A stretch of 63,423 nt of DNA, counting the filler, from Chiloscyllium plagiosum (lineage: Eukaryota), in NCBI RefSeq assembly GCF_004010195.1. It is 6 parts of one record of this genome, joined end to end, with 100 filler letters (N's around TTAATTAATTAA, not from the genome) between each part and the next. Parts side by side here need not be neighbours in the genome. Positions count along the whole stretch, not along the records: positions 35,666 to 54,747 come from NC_057712.1; 5 more parts are not named here. One strand, written 5' to 3'. The notes below the pieces were generated by a model, which worked only from the letters and a program-made list of their open reading frames with translations, searched no databases and had not been told where the DNA came from. Shown here piece by piece: positions 38,630 through 51,725 of the stretch. A program made the position numbers and the translations under genes. Position 1 is the stretch's first letter. Each line of letters begins with the position of its first letter.

Positions 38630-39590
38630 AGATAGAACATAGAACAGTACAGCACAGAATAGGCCCTTCGGCCCACAATGTTGTGTCGAAGATTAATCCT
38701 AATCTAAAATAAAACAACCTAACCTACACACCCTTCAAATCACTGCTGTCCATGTCCATGTCCAGCAGTCGCTTAAATGTCCCTAATGATTCTGCTTCCA
38801 CCATTACCGCAGGCAATGCATTCCATGCGTTCACAACTGTCTGCATAAAGAGCCTATCGCTGACGTCTCCTCTATACCTTTATCCTAACACTTTAAAACT
38901 ATGACCCCTCATGGCAGTCAATCCTGCCCTGGGGAAAAGTCTCTGGCTTTTCCATGCCTCTCATTACTTTGTAGACCGCGGTCAGGTCAGCTCTCTTCCT
39001 CCTTCTCTCCAAAGAGGAAAGTCCGAGCTTAGTCAACCTCTCTTCAAAAGAGAAGCGCTCCAGTCCAGGCAGGATCCTGGTAAACCTTCTTTGTACCCTC
39101 TCCAAAGTCTCCGTATCTTTCCTATAATAGGACGGCCAGAACTGGATAAAATATTCCATGTGTGGTTTCACCAGGTTTTTGTAGAGCTGCAGCAAAACCT
39201 CGCAGCTCTTAAACTCAATCCCACTGTTAATGAAAGCCAAAACACCATATGCTTTCTTAACAACCTTATCCACTTGGGTGGCAACTTTGAGGGATTTATG
39301 CACTTGAGCACCAAGATCTCGCTGTTAGTCCACACTGCCAAGACTCCTGTCTTTAATCCTATATTCAGCATTCAAGTTCGACCTTCCAAAATGCATCACT
39401 TCGCATTTACCCAGGTTAAACTCCATCTGCCAATTCTCAGCACAGCTCTGCATCGTGCTACAGCCTACAACAGCCCTCAATACTATCAACGGCACCTCCA
39501 ACCTTTGTGCCATCAGCAAATTTAACTCACCTCTCAACCTCTTCATCCAAGTCATGTATAAAAACTACAAACAGCAGAGACCCAAGACAC
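38630..39590 (-). mobile_element. CR1 LINE, RT end to 3' UTR
   Basis: ORFs 38899-39303 and 39325-39555 (WQMEFNLGKCEVMHFG; LERVQRRFTRILPGL). Confidence 0.88.
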
Positions 39591-40378
39591 AGTTACTCCC
39601 TTTGCTGTTTGAATTCATGTATCGCTGGACATCAGAGTGCATGTGGGAAAATTAACAAACATTGAAATTCACAACTGATCTTGGACGAACTGTTTGGGCG
39701 AAGTTCACAGCAGAGAATCAGCTAAGTGTATGGTTTTAAGTGAGACCTACGGAAAGTCAGCAGTAGTGAGTAGAATAGGTTCTTTTTTGATTATATGCTT
39801 TTTGAGATACGTCTCTTGATTAAACATAAAATATAAGCCACAACTATTAATTTAACCAAGGTCACTGTTTTGTAGAGGATTAAGACGGTGTTATTTTCTG
39901 GGTCTGTAGATTGTGAAGGAGTAAAAATGGTCTTTGCAATGATATGCACTTCTTGTCAGATGTGGGAGTTTAAAGAGAGTTTAAGGGTTACTGCGGATTA
40001 TACCTGCAATAAATGCTGTTGGTTGAGAATCTTATCAGATCGAATGGATCTGTTGGAGAGACAGATAGAAGCAATGAGGAATTTGCAACAGCGACAGTAT
40101 GTGGCAGTTATAGGGAGGGAGGAAAATCTCAGATACAATCACATAGATGGGTCAACTCCTGGAAAGGTGAGAGGTAGGCAGCTAGCGCAGAAGCCTTCTG
40201 TGGCTATACCCATTTCAAACAAGTATGCTGGTTTGGAACATGTAGGGGGTGACAGATTCTCAGGGGAACGTAGCACGAATCGCCAAGTTTCTGGTATAGA
40301 GACTGGCTCTAATGCAATGAGGGGGGTACGTCAGGTTCCAAGAGATCAACTGTGTTAGGGGACTCTCTAGTCCAAGGT

Positions 40379-40607
40379 ACACCCTACATTTACCCCTTAC
40401 CTAACACTACGGGCAATTTAGCATGGCCAATTCACCTGACCCTGCACATCTTTGGACTGTGGGAGGAAACTGGAGCACCCGGAGGAAACCCACGCAGACA
40501 CGGGGAGAACGTGCAAACTCCATACAGTCAGTCGCCTGAGTCGGGAATTGAACCCGGGTCTCTGGCGCTGTGAGGCAACAGTGCTAACCACTGTGCCACC
40601 GTGCCGC
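40379..40607 (-). mobile_element. V-SINE (HE1-like) nested in CR1 ORF1
   Basis: Same head and V-domain as 4168-4477; interrupts ORF1 right after LGDSLVQG. Confidence 0.85.
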
Positions 40608-43090
40608 ACCATGCTAGAGCTGCTTGGAAGGATTTAAACTAGTAAGGTGGGGGGGTGGGACCCAGGGAGATGGTGAGGAAAGCTATCGATCTGAGACTGG
40701 TACAGCTGAGAACAGAAGCTAGTCAGTCAGGGCAGGCAGGGACAAGGTAGGACTAAAACATTAAACTGAATTTATTTCAATGCAAGGGGTCTAACAGGGA
40801 AGGCAGATGAACTCAGGGCATGGTTAGGAACATGGGACTGGGATATCATAGCAATTACAGAAACATGGCTCAGGTATGGACAAGACTGGCAGCTTAATAT
40901 TCCAGGACACAAATCCTACAGAAAGGATAGAAAGGGAGGCAAGAGAGGAGGAGGAGTGGCATTTTTCATAAGGGATAGCATTACAGCTGTGATGAGAGAG
41001 GATGTTCCTGGAAATATATCCAGGGAACTTATTTGGATGGAACTGAGAAATAAGAAAGGGGTGATCACCCTATTGGGATTGCATTATAAATCCCCCAATA
41101 GTCAGAGGGAAATTAAGAAACAAACGTGTAAGGAGATCTCAGCTATCTGTAAGAATAATAGAGTGTTAATGGCAGGGGATTTTAACTTTCCAAACATAGA
41201 CTGGCATTGCCATAGTGTTAAGGGTTTAGATGGAGAGGAATTTCTTAAGTGTGTACAAGAAAACTTTCTGATTCAGTATGTGGATGTACCTGCTACAGAA
41301 GGTGCAAAGCTTGACCTACTCTTGGGAAATAAGGCAGGGCAGATGACTGAGGTGTCAGTGGGGGAGCACTTTGGGGCCAGTGACCATAATTCTATTCGTT
41401 TTAAAATAGTGATGGAAAAGAATAAACCAGATCTAAAAGTTGAAGTGTTAAATTGGAGGAAGGCCAATTTTGACAGGAAGAACTTTCAAAAGCTGATCGG
41501 GGCAGATGTTCGCAGGTAAAGGGACAGCTGGAAAATGGGAAGCCTTCAGAAATGAGATAACGAGAATTCCTGCTAGAATGAAAGGGAAGGCTGGTAGGTA
41601 TAGGGAATGCTGGATGACTAAAGAAATTGAGGGTTTGGTTAAGAAAAAGAAGGAAGCATATGTCAGGTATAGACAGGATAGATCGAGTGAATCCTTAGAA
41701 GAATATAAAGAAAGTAGGAGTATACTTAAGAGGGAAATCATGAGGGCAAAAAGGGGACATGAGATAGCTTTGGCAAATAGAGTTAAGGAGAATCCAAAGG
41801 GTTTTTACAAATACATTAACGACAAAAGGATAACTAGGGAGAAAATAGGGTCCCTCAAAGATCAGCAAGGCAGCCTTTGTTTTGGAGCCGCAGAAAATGG
41901 GGGAGATAGTAAACAAGTATTTTGCATCAGTATTTATTGTGGAAAAGGATATGGAAGATATAGGAAGAAGCGAAATAGATGGTGACACCTTGCAAAATGT
42001 CCAGATTACAGAGGAGGAAGTGCTGGATGGCTTGAAACGCATAAACGTGGATAAATCCCCAGGACCTGATCAGGTGTACCCGAGAACTCTGTGGAAAGCT
42101 AGAGAAGGGATTGCTGGGCCTCTTGCTGAGATATTTGTATCATCGATAGTCACAGGTGAGGTGCCGGAAGACTGGAGGTTGGCAAACATGGTACCACTCT
42201 TTAAGAAGGGTGGTAAGGACAAGACAGGGAACTATAGACCAGTGAGCCGGACCTCGGTGGTGGGCAAGTTTATCGAGGGAACCCTGAGGGACCGGATATA
42301 CATGTACTTGGAAAGGCAAGGACTGATTACTGATTCGGGATAGTCAACATGGCTTTGTGCGTGGGAAATCATGTGTCACAAACTTGATTGAGTTTTTTGA
42401 GGAAGTAACAAAGAGGATTGATGAGGGCAGAGTGGTAGATGTGATCTATATGGACTTCATTAAGGCATTCGACAAGGTTCCCCATGGGAGACTGATTAGC
42501 AAGGTTAGGTCTCACGGAATAAAGGGAGAACTAGCTATTTGGATGCAGAACTGGCTCAAAGGTAGAAGACAGAGTGTGGTGATGGAGGGTTGTTTTTCAG
42601 ACTGGAGGCCTGTGACCAGTGGAGTGCCACAAGGATCGTTGCTGGGTCCACTACTTTTTGTCATTTACATAAATGATTTGGATGCGAGCATAAGAGGTAC
42701 AGTTAGTAAGTTTGCAGATGACACCAAAATTGGATGTGTAGTGGACAGGGAAGATTACAACAGGATCGGGACCAGATGGGCCAATGGGCTGAGAAGTGGC
42801 AGATGGAGTTTATTCAGATAAATGCGAGGTGCTGCATTTTGGGAAAACAAATCTTAGCAGGACTTATACACTTAATGGTAAGGTTCTAGAGAGAGTGTTG
42901 CTGAACAAAGAGACCTTGGAGTGCAGGTTCATAGCTCCTTGGAGTGCAGGTTCATAGTGGAGTCGCAGGTAGATAGGATAGTGAAGAGGGCGTTTGATAT
43001 GCTTTCTTTTATTGGTCAGAGTATTGAGTACAGGAGTTGGGAGGTCATGTTGGGGCTGTACAGGACATTGGTTAGGCCACTGTTGGAATA

Positions 43091-43227
43091 GGTCAGGCTT
43101 ATGCCCTTCTTCAGGCTTATGCCCGAAACGTCGATTCTCCTGTTCCCTGGATGCTGCCTGACCTGCTGCGCTTTTCCAGCAACACATTTCCAGCTCTGAT
43201 CTCCAGCATCTGCAGACCTCACTTTCT
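43091..43227 (+). mobile_element. PLE pLTR nested in CR1 ORF2, 14-bp TSD
   Basis: CCACTGTTG(G/C)AATA at 43077-43090 and 43228-43241; GCCCGAAACGTCGA half of the hammerhead. Confidence 0.8.
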
Positions 43228-43964
43228 CCACTGTTGCAATATTGCATTGCAATTCTGGTCTCCTTCCTATCGGAAAGATGTTGTGAAACTTGAAAGGTTT
43301 CAGAAAAGATTTACAAGGATGCTGCCAGGGTTGGAAGATTTGAGCTATAGGGAGAGGCTGAACAGATTGGGGCTGTTTTCCCTGGAGCGTCGGAGGCTGA
43401 GGGGTGACCTTATAGAGGTTTACAAAATTATGATAAATTAGGATAAATAGACAAAGTCTTTTCCCTGGAGTCGCGCTAGTTCAGAACTAGAGGGCATAGG
43501 TTTAGGGTGAGAGGGGAAAGATGTAAAAGACACCTAAGGGGCAACTTTTTCCACACAGAGGGTGGTATGTGTATTGAATGAGCTGCCAGAGAAAGTGGTG
43601 GAGGCTGGTACAACTGCAACATTTAAAAGGCATTTGGATGGGCATATGAATAGGAAGTGTTTGGAGGGATATGGGCCGGGTGCTGGCAGATGTGACTAGA
43701 TTGGGTTGGGATATCTGGTTGGCATGGATGAGTTGAACCAAAGGGTCTATTTCCATGCTGTACATTTCTATGACTCTATAACAGAGTTAGCGGGACCCCA
43801 ACCAACACTGACCTCCAGGCAGAATACTTTCCATCTACAACTGCTCTCTGCCTTCTGTCAGCCAACCAATTCTGAACCCAGAGAGGCAATTCTCCCTGTA
43901 TCTCATACCTCCTGACTTCATGAATGAGCCTAATGGTAGCTAAGAATAGGAGAATTGCAAATTC

Positions 43965-44360
43965 AATGACAGAGTTGTAATGCCATTGGAATCATCATCC
44001 AGAGGCACGAGCTAATACTCTGGGAACATAGGCTAATGCTCTGAGAACATGCGTTCAAACAACACAATTGCAACTCGTGGATTTTAAATCCAATTTAAAA
44101 ATTGGGAATACAAAGCTCAAAACTGGGAACCATGTCATTGTCACAAAAATTTATCTTATTTACCACTGATCTTTAGGGAAGCAAATCTGTCATTTCAACC
44201 TGGTCTGACTAACACATAATTTCAGATCCATAGCAATGTGGTAGACCTTTAATAGCCCTATGAAATGGCCCAGCAAACGATTCAGTTCAAGGGGAATTAG
44301 GAATGGGTATCAAATGATAGCCTTGCCAGAAACACCCATATCCAATAAAGAATAAATAAT
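43965..44360 (+). mobile_element. tRNA-derived SINE with LINE-shared tail
   Basis: Same core and tail as the copies at 16755 and 24210. Confidence 0.6.
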
Positions 44361-44634
44361 ACCCTTTTTCAAAAAGGAAGAGTAAACAAGGCTAGTAGGT
44401 ACAGCTCAGTTACTTCAAATTTAATGGTGGAGAAGCTTCTGGAAGGGTGAATTGAGGAAAACACTCGGTAAATGGGGGCTAATTAATGAAAGACTTGTTA
44501 AAGGCCAATAGTAAATAAATAACTTGGAGTTTTTTTTGATGAAGTTAAACTCTCAGGACAAGAAAAATTGTTTCTCAGCATCTAACTTGTCAAGTCTTCT
44601 CAGAATAATTTGTTTCAGTGAAATAACCAGTGCA

Positions 44635-44888
44635 GATTAGATTCCCTACAGTGTGGAAACAGGCCATTCGGGCTTCTCCAGCAACACATTTCCAACTATG
44701 GGCAATTTAGCATGGCCAATTCACTTGACCTGCACATCTTTGGACTGTGGGAGGAAACCGGAGCACCCGGAGGAAACCCACGCAGACACAGGGAAAATGT
44801 GCAAACTCCGCACAGACAGTCGCCAGAGGCTGGAATTGAACCTGGGACCCTGGTTTTGTGAGGCAGCAGTGATAACCACCGAACCACC
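44635..44888 (-). mobile_element. V-SINE (HE1-like)
   Basis: V-domain GGAGGAAACCGGAGCACCCGGAGGAAACCCACGCAGACAC on +. Confidence 0.85.
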
Positions 44889-47549
44889 TTTTCAAACATT
44901 TTTGGAATAATCTCTGGCTTGGCACCATATTGAAGGCCTTCTAAAAATCCAAATATGCTTCACCTACCACTTCCACTTACCTACACTGTTACAATGTTTA
45001 AAAAATTCCAGTGTTTGTTTAATGTTTTTGTTTTCATAGAACCATTTGATTCTGCCTAATCACGATTTTCCAAGTATGCTGTTACTACATCACGAATAAC
45101 AGATTCCAGTCTTTAATAATAAGTTCTTTTCTTATTACTTCTTTTCCCCTTTTTCTGCTTTTCTTTCTTTCCAAAAATATCCAGATGTCATTTCTTGCAT
45201 CTCTTTGTTACTGATCCATCTCTAAAAATTGATGTCATCTATTTCCTACTTACCTTTCTTTTGTAAAACACACTTTTTACAAGTTTGCTTACAAGCATTG
45301 TCTGATTTTAGACAGCTTTTAGTCTTCCTTAGCTCCATTTCTTTGTTTTGTGTCAGTGCTTCGAGCTCACTAATTTTACTATTTGCATTCACATAAGCAT
45401 AAATAATTTCTTCAATATGTTTTCTACCTCTTTCCTAATTATCTAAGTTTAGTGTTTGCCTCACTCCATTTTATGGCAGATTAGATTAAGTCATTTCCCA
45501 ATATTTTAGGTCACTATCTGCAAATATGCAACATCATTGCTTGCCCCTTCCCAAACACATCTCTTTCCTAGTATTGGCCCTTCATGCTTCCTATATTTTC
45601 ATAATCAGTCATGGTGTCATTTTAAGTGGATTCAAAATGGTTATAATGAATTATAATCTATCCAAAGAATCTATCCATACAATCTAATTTAATTATCCAA
45701 AACATTGGAGCTCAGCCTTTTGAACATTGGACACTGAACATAACCGAAGATATGTGCCAGGACACTGTGGAAGTCCTGACAAATGGACAGATATATGAAT
45801 TGTGCAGGGAGTTTAAAATTCCAATGGGCCTGCTGCTCGGAACTCTCTGCAAATGTCTTCAACTCTTAGCTTGGCTTACCTGGATTATTACGCAGAAATA
45901 AGGGCAAATTAAAATCTGCTCTTACACCTCAACCATTCCAAAACTGCCTCCCCTCACCACTCACACCTCCAATCAACTTTCCTGACCTTATCCAAACTAC
46001 CCCAGCCTGCCCACACAATTACTTCCCAACCTGACCTGAGTATACCCAACTCATCTGCACCCTTCCCCTAACACCTGACTAGCCCCTTGTCCCTGACACA
46101 ACAACCCACTCCTACCCAAATGGCCCTTCATTCACCTGAACAATCTCCCAGTAATTTACACAAGCACTCTCGAACACTCTTTAAAAGGTCCAGTTTTTTC
46201 ATCTTACTAGACGGAATAAGACAGCCAACGCCATTGGAGGGGGATGATTTGCTTTGCCCCCAAATTTACTCCACTCCATCAGAGTTCTGGGGGGATGGGG
46301 AAGGGTCTTTACCTTGTGCTGCACTGCGCAGTGCATTTTGGGGACAGCCTGGACAGGAAGAAATGTACTGTAGCACAGCTCAAGAGAATTATTGCTTGAA
46401 GAAACAATGCCAGAACTCAAAAAATTCAGGTCACTAAATTTTAAAGCAGCATATATATATATATATATATATAGACTGAATGAGTTGAGTAGGTGGAAAT
46501 AAAACACTGCAACTACTACATAACTCTTTGCCAACCAAATAATTTACACCCAAAATGCAACAAATTTTCTCTCGTGTATTTCCACTACTTCTGGCATTCA
46601 TTCTTCATGCTGTTGCTGTTAATTCAAATGATCTTTATGTTTCTTCTACTTCCTTCTTAGCTAAAAAGACACATTCACATTCAAATACTTACATGGACGC
46701 AGACACTATTTTATTTCATGCTTTCATACTTCATATTCATACTTTTGGCTTAAATATTTGTGGATTATCTCCAAATGCAAACATCTACTTCCAGATTCCC
46801 AACACAGCAGATAGATTAAGCCATTCCTCAATAGCTTAAGCAAGTCTTTCATATCAGCAGAGAATTTCTCCTGTCATAAACTAAATCAATCCTTAACAAT
46901 AATACAATTTGGTTGTACATTTCAAATTTCTTGTGTTGCGCTTTTCTATGGTGCTTCCTTTTAGCACATTTGTACCTTTCAAAATCTTCTTTATGTTTTT
47001 CCACTTTCCTTGTGACTTAGAACCAAACAAGATGCTCACCTTGCATCACACTTAATAAAACAATAAAATCAGGTTGTGTGAACAAGTTTGTATTATTCAG
47101 TCTCTAGGTTTGTAATGTGTCTAATATAGAATATTTCCAGCAAATCACTGAATTTAGTTAAGCATTCACATCCCTCTATTGACTTTATCTGTTTCCAACA
47201 TTTGATTATTATTCAGACCCAAAGGCCACAATATTAAAGTCTCCCATCTAAGGAGTCCCAGGGTCAAGGATGATTCATAAAATTATGTCCAAAACCAGGA
47301 ATCACAACTGGTGAGCGATAGGCCATTTAGGACTGAGATGAGAAGAGATTTCTTCACCCAGAGAGTGGGGGGCCTGTGAAATTCCTTGTCACAAAGGGGT
47401 TGAAGCATAAACATTGAATGTTTTCAAGGAGGCGTTAGATAGGGTAGGGGGAGAAAGTGAGGACAGGCTACTGAGTTGCATGATCATGCTCAAAAGTCCA
47501 AATGGTCTATCTCTGCACCTTTCTTGATATGTTTCGACATGTTTCAGCT

Positions 47550-48330
47550 CATCTGTAGCTGAAATCCTCATTCATGCCTTGCTACCTCCAAACCCAATCA
47601 CTGCAACACAATCCTGGCTGATCACCCTCATTATATCTTCAGTAAATTTCATGTCATTCAAACTCCTGTTGACATTGTTGAACTCTCAGCAATCCTTCTC
47701 CCTCTAATTTTGTTCTAGCTAATTTACAACAGCGTCAAGATTAGAGTAATGCTGTAAAAGCACAGCAGGTCAGGCAGCATCTTAGGAGCAGGAAAATCGA
47801 TATTTCGGGCAAAAGTCCTGCATCACTTTCCTGGTCCTCGGATGCTGCCTGACCTGCTGTGTTTTTCCAACACTACTTTAATCTTGACTCTAATCTCCAG
47901 CATCTGCAGTACCCACTTTCACCTAATTTTCAACAGCTCCTAATTTAGCCATTCTTGGTTCAAATCCCTCCCCAGCCTTATCCGTATTTCTGTCATCTCC
48001 AATAACACAACAACCCTCTAGAATATTTGTACTCTTCTAATTCTGGCTTTGCATGATTCCCTGAGTTTAATTACTCTACATTCAGTGGTTTCACTTTCAG
48101 GATCGGACCAAAGTTCTGAATATGTACCCTGTACTTCTCACCATTTTTCTACCTTACTCCTCTCTTTTAACACACTTCTAAAACCTGCTTCTTTGGCTAA
48201 GCCTTTGGTCATCTGATTGACCACTTCCTTGTGCGATTTGATATCATGCTTTGTTTTGCAATTCTGCTGTGAAGTACTTGCATTATCTAATAAATGTTAA
48301 AAGAGCGTTAGAAATACTAGTTGTTGTTGC
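47550..48330 (+). mobile_element. Degenerate L2 LINE 3' part hosting a PLE insertion
   Basis: AEILIHA-type start, LLKTCFF-type end, (GTT)n tail. Confidence 0.55.
47734..47922 (+). mobile_element. Fold-back (inverted pair) PLE pLTR insertion, 15-bp TSD
   Basis: CTAATTT(A/T)CAACAGC at 47719-47733 and 47923-47937; the two halves are reverse complements. Confidence 0.8.
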
Positions 48331-48459
48331 TACTGTTATCTAAGATTTAACTCGAATGATACCAGTGTTGCACCAATCATACATATAAATCATTGAACAT
48401 CTTATCAGTTTTTAGAATTCTCCAATACTATACATTCCAGAGGAACTGGTCTTCCCAGA

Positions 48460-48860
48460 GAAGCTAGATAGGCTGAGATTTTTTTCCTCAAGAACATCGG
48501 AGCTGAGGAGTGACTTTACAGAGGTTTATAAAATCATGAGGGGCATGGATAAGGTGAATAGTCGAGGTCTTTTTCCCTTGGGTAGGGGAGTCCAAAACTA
48601 GAGGAAATGGGTTTAAGGTGAAAAGCGAAAGATTTAAAAGGGACAACTTTTTCAACACAGAATGTGGTGCATATATCGAAATGAACTGCCGGTGGAAGTA
48701 ATAGATGCAGGTACAGTCACAACTTTTAATAGAGATTTTGGCAGATATTTTGATAGAAAAAGATTTAGAGGGATATGGACCAAATGCAGGCAAATAAGTC
48801 TGGTTCACTGGAGGAAACCAGGTCGATATGGATGACTTGGGCCAAAGGGTCTGTTTCTTG
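48460..48860 (+). mobile_element. CR1 3' end
   Basis: LRSDFTEVYKIMRG motif and 3' UTR. Confidence 0.75.
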
Positions 48861-49563
48861 TTTTCTGTTTTGGATGTTATATTTTCAAATACACCATAAG
48901 AAATAAGTTATGTTTCTTAGCAAGATCTCACATGAACTCCAAGTTCTGCTCATTTTTCATATGTGCCTTCCTTAAATTGTAATTTATTTCCTAATATCCA
49001 ACAGAAGAAAATGACAAAGTAAAGATAACCACAAATTAAACATTCACAAATAAACTTTTTTGGTGTAGATTCACCTATTAATTAATTTCAGTCTATGTTA
49101 TTCCAAATGTAAGAAAGTGTCCTCAGAGGTTGAACAGAATTTCTAGGTATTTTTTTTCATTTTCAAGTGTACACTGTGGCTGTGCACCAGCTCATTTGTT
49201 TGAGTGCAGTAAACGACCTGAACTTCTGAGTCAGCTCTTTATCTTCTGAGGGAAAGAATTATAATATTGAGACACTACAAAAAGGATAATAATTACTATG
49301 TTCAAATTAATGAGAACACAAGCAAACTTCTGAAAGAATTTAATAGTATTGAATTTATTTTGTAACTTCAGAAGTACTTCTTCATGGCTTGGCAATGGTT
49401 ATATTTTAGAGAGCTTTAAAAAATAAGCAATATCATTCTTCATTTGAACAACTTCTATTTGCTAAATAAATATTTCACAGCTCCTCATGCAATCAGTTTC
49501 CCTAATTCAAAGCTGACAGCAACAAAACGCTAACCATCTCAAAGTGGTGCCTGTATTCTTAAT

Positions 49564-49745
49564 TTGGAGATGCCGGTGTTGGACTGGGGTGTACAAAGTT
49601 AAAAATCACACAACACCAAGCGATAAGTTCTGCGTCTTACAACTGTGTACTCCACAACCACCTAATGAAGGAACAACACTCCGAAAGCTAGTGCTTCCAA
49701 TTAAACCTGTTGGACTATGACCTAGTGTTGTGTGATTTTTGAACC
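49564..49745 (+). mobile_element. Second-family PLE pLTR insertion with a decayed hammerhead
   Basis: CCTAATGAAGGAACAACACTCCGAAAGCT (hammerhead-like); inverted AAAAATCACACAACAC / GTGTTGTGTGATTTTT; imperfect 14-bp flanking duplication. Confidence 0.6.
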
Positions 49746-50027
49746 CTGTAATCTTAGTCTGCTTTTCCTTCCTGGATTTTAAATCTCATTATAGTTTGCA
49801 ATTCACCATGCCTTTGCCCCTCCCTATCTCTGTAGCTTCCTCCAGCCACAAAAATCTGCCAAGGTATTTGTCATTGGTCTATCTCTGACCTCTGTGGATT
49901 CCAAATTACAAGCGTCCAACCATCACCACTTGTGCTTTCAGTTGCCTCTTTCCCAAAATCTAGTACTTCCTCCATAAACACCTTCACCTGAATACCTCAT
50001 TTTCTTCCTTGGAAGGTAGCAACCCAT

Positions 50028-50203
50028 GGAGCAGGAAAATCAACGTTTTGGGCAGGAGCCCTTCATCAGGAATCCTGATGCAAGGCTCTTGCCCAAAACA
50101 TTGATTTTCCTGCTCCTCGGATGCTGCCTGACATGTTGTGCTTTTCCAGCACCACTCCAATCTTGACTCTCATCTTCAGCATCTGCAGTCCTCACTTTCG
50201 CCT
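50028..50203 (+). mobile_element. Fold-back PLE pLTR insertion with two head-to-head hammerhead motifs, perfect 14-bp TSD
   Basis: AGGTAGCAACCCAT at 50014-50027 and 50204-50217; symmetry centre CATCAGGAATCCTGATG. Confidence 0.85.
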
Positions 50204-50219
50204 AGGTAGCAACCCATAT

Positions 50220-51020
50220 CAAAGACAGCAAAAGAGGAATCAAGGATCTGCAGACCTGTTAATCTTACATCAGTATTAGAAAACATACACAAAAAATGGT
50301 TGATATTGATTTGATTGGACATAATCAGCATGGATTTGCAAATTGCATGGGATATCATGTTTAATGAACTTTTTTTTGGAAGATTTTACAAAGAAAATTG
50401 ATACAAGAGAGCCAATAGACATGGATTTTCAGAAGGTTTGCTAAAGTCTCCAGAGAGGTTGGTCAGAATAATGAAAGCACTAGAGACAGAAGGTAATGTG
50501 CTGGCTTGGATTAATTGGCTAGCAGTCCAAAAACAGTAAGGATAAATGGGTCATTTCCATATTGGCAGGCTGTGACTCGTGGGACTCTAAGAATCAGTAG
50601 GGGGCTCCAACTGTTCAAAATACAGTGGTCTCCCCGTAACTGCGGGGGTTCCAAGACCTACCGGGGAAGCCCAAAACTGCAGATAGGAGCAGACCCATTC
50701 ATTTAAAATAGAAAATTTACCTTCCCGGAAGCCCCTGGTCCCTGGTTCTGGAATGTTCCCTGTAAATATGTTTAGGCCATGGTAAACTACAGGTAACAAA
50801 TTGCAGAAAACGATTCTGTGGGTATGGGAGTATGTAGCAAAATTTGAATGTTGAGACCAAATGCAATATTTCCAAATTTAGAAATGGTAAAAAGCTGAGT
50901 GGAAACATGTGTCATGAAGATATAAAGTGCTTCAGGATGATTTGGACAAGCTTAGTGAATAAGCAAGAGCATGGCTGATGGAATATGATGCAGAAAAATG
51001 TGAGGTTATCCAGTTTGGCA
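50220..51020 (+). mobile_element. Degenerate CR1 RT fragment with a Tigger-like MITE at ~50623-50834
   Basis: RPVNLTSV, QHGF and WQAVT motifs; the insert starts TA|CAGTGGTCTCCCCG and ends ...ATG|TA with only a weak TIR match. Confidence 0.55.
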
Positions 51021-51560
51021 TACAGACTTGAAGTTAACTGTTTCATCATTACCATATCAGTTGTCTCTTCAAATCTGTTCACAACTACATTCAAATGAGG
51101 CCAGAATCCAAATGGCTTGCAGGGTCAGACTTGAACACTCCACCAACTTCATAACTATTTGGGTACAAGTTCAGTTTTTGTGGGTCTTGAACACATGTCA
51201 TAAGCTATTTTAAATTGGCTGCATCAAAATTTTAACTACCAGCAAGTATAATTCTAAACAACATGGAAAAAGCAATATATTCTAAAATAACAAATTCAAT
51301 AGAATATATTATTTACGCCTTATACACATCACATTTACATCCACATTTTAGGGCAAACCATGCAAGGGACACAACTTCAAATATAAAAAAGATTCTGCAC
51401 AGGACATGCTAGAATGTGCAAGATAAAATACCTTGCCTTTTCCTCAATTTTCAAAAAGTTGCAATATTTAAGCACCAGTCACTTTTCAGAAAATGTTGTA
51501 CAGTTGTGCGCTAAATGTTGTACAGTAATACCAACGTCTAAATTTCTCAGGTTTATTTAC

Positions 51561-51725
51561 CTGTCGTAGTGTTCGTGCCACTAAGCTTTCAAGAACTGGT
51601 CCTCTATCTTCATGCAATAGGTGAACCTCATCTAAAATTAACAGCCTAACAATCTGAGACAAGGCTACATCACCAACACTTTTACGTGTTACAACATCCC
51701 ATTTTTCAGGCGTTGTCACAAGCAT
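51561..51725 (-). CDS. ASCC3: ASCC3 (activating signal cointegrator 1 complex subunit 3) internal exon, N-terminal helicase cassette, DEVH box; 165 bp, phase 0/0
   Basis: On -: tttttctgtttttcag|[55 protein letters not shown]|gtaaat; KSVGDVAL and DEVH fit ASCC3 rather than SNRNP200. Confidence 0.93.

Larger units (their letters stand above)
39620..43780 (+). mobile_element. Near-full-length decayed CR1 LINE (ORF1 zinc finger and esterase start; ORF2 APE endonuclease and RT)
   Basis: ICTSCQMWE...YTCNKC and LGDSLVQG (ORF1); FNARGL...IIAITETWL, GDFNFP, SDHN, KSPGPD, NYRPVS, PQGSLLGP, FADDTK (ORF2); several frameshifts. Confidence 0.92.
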
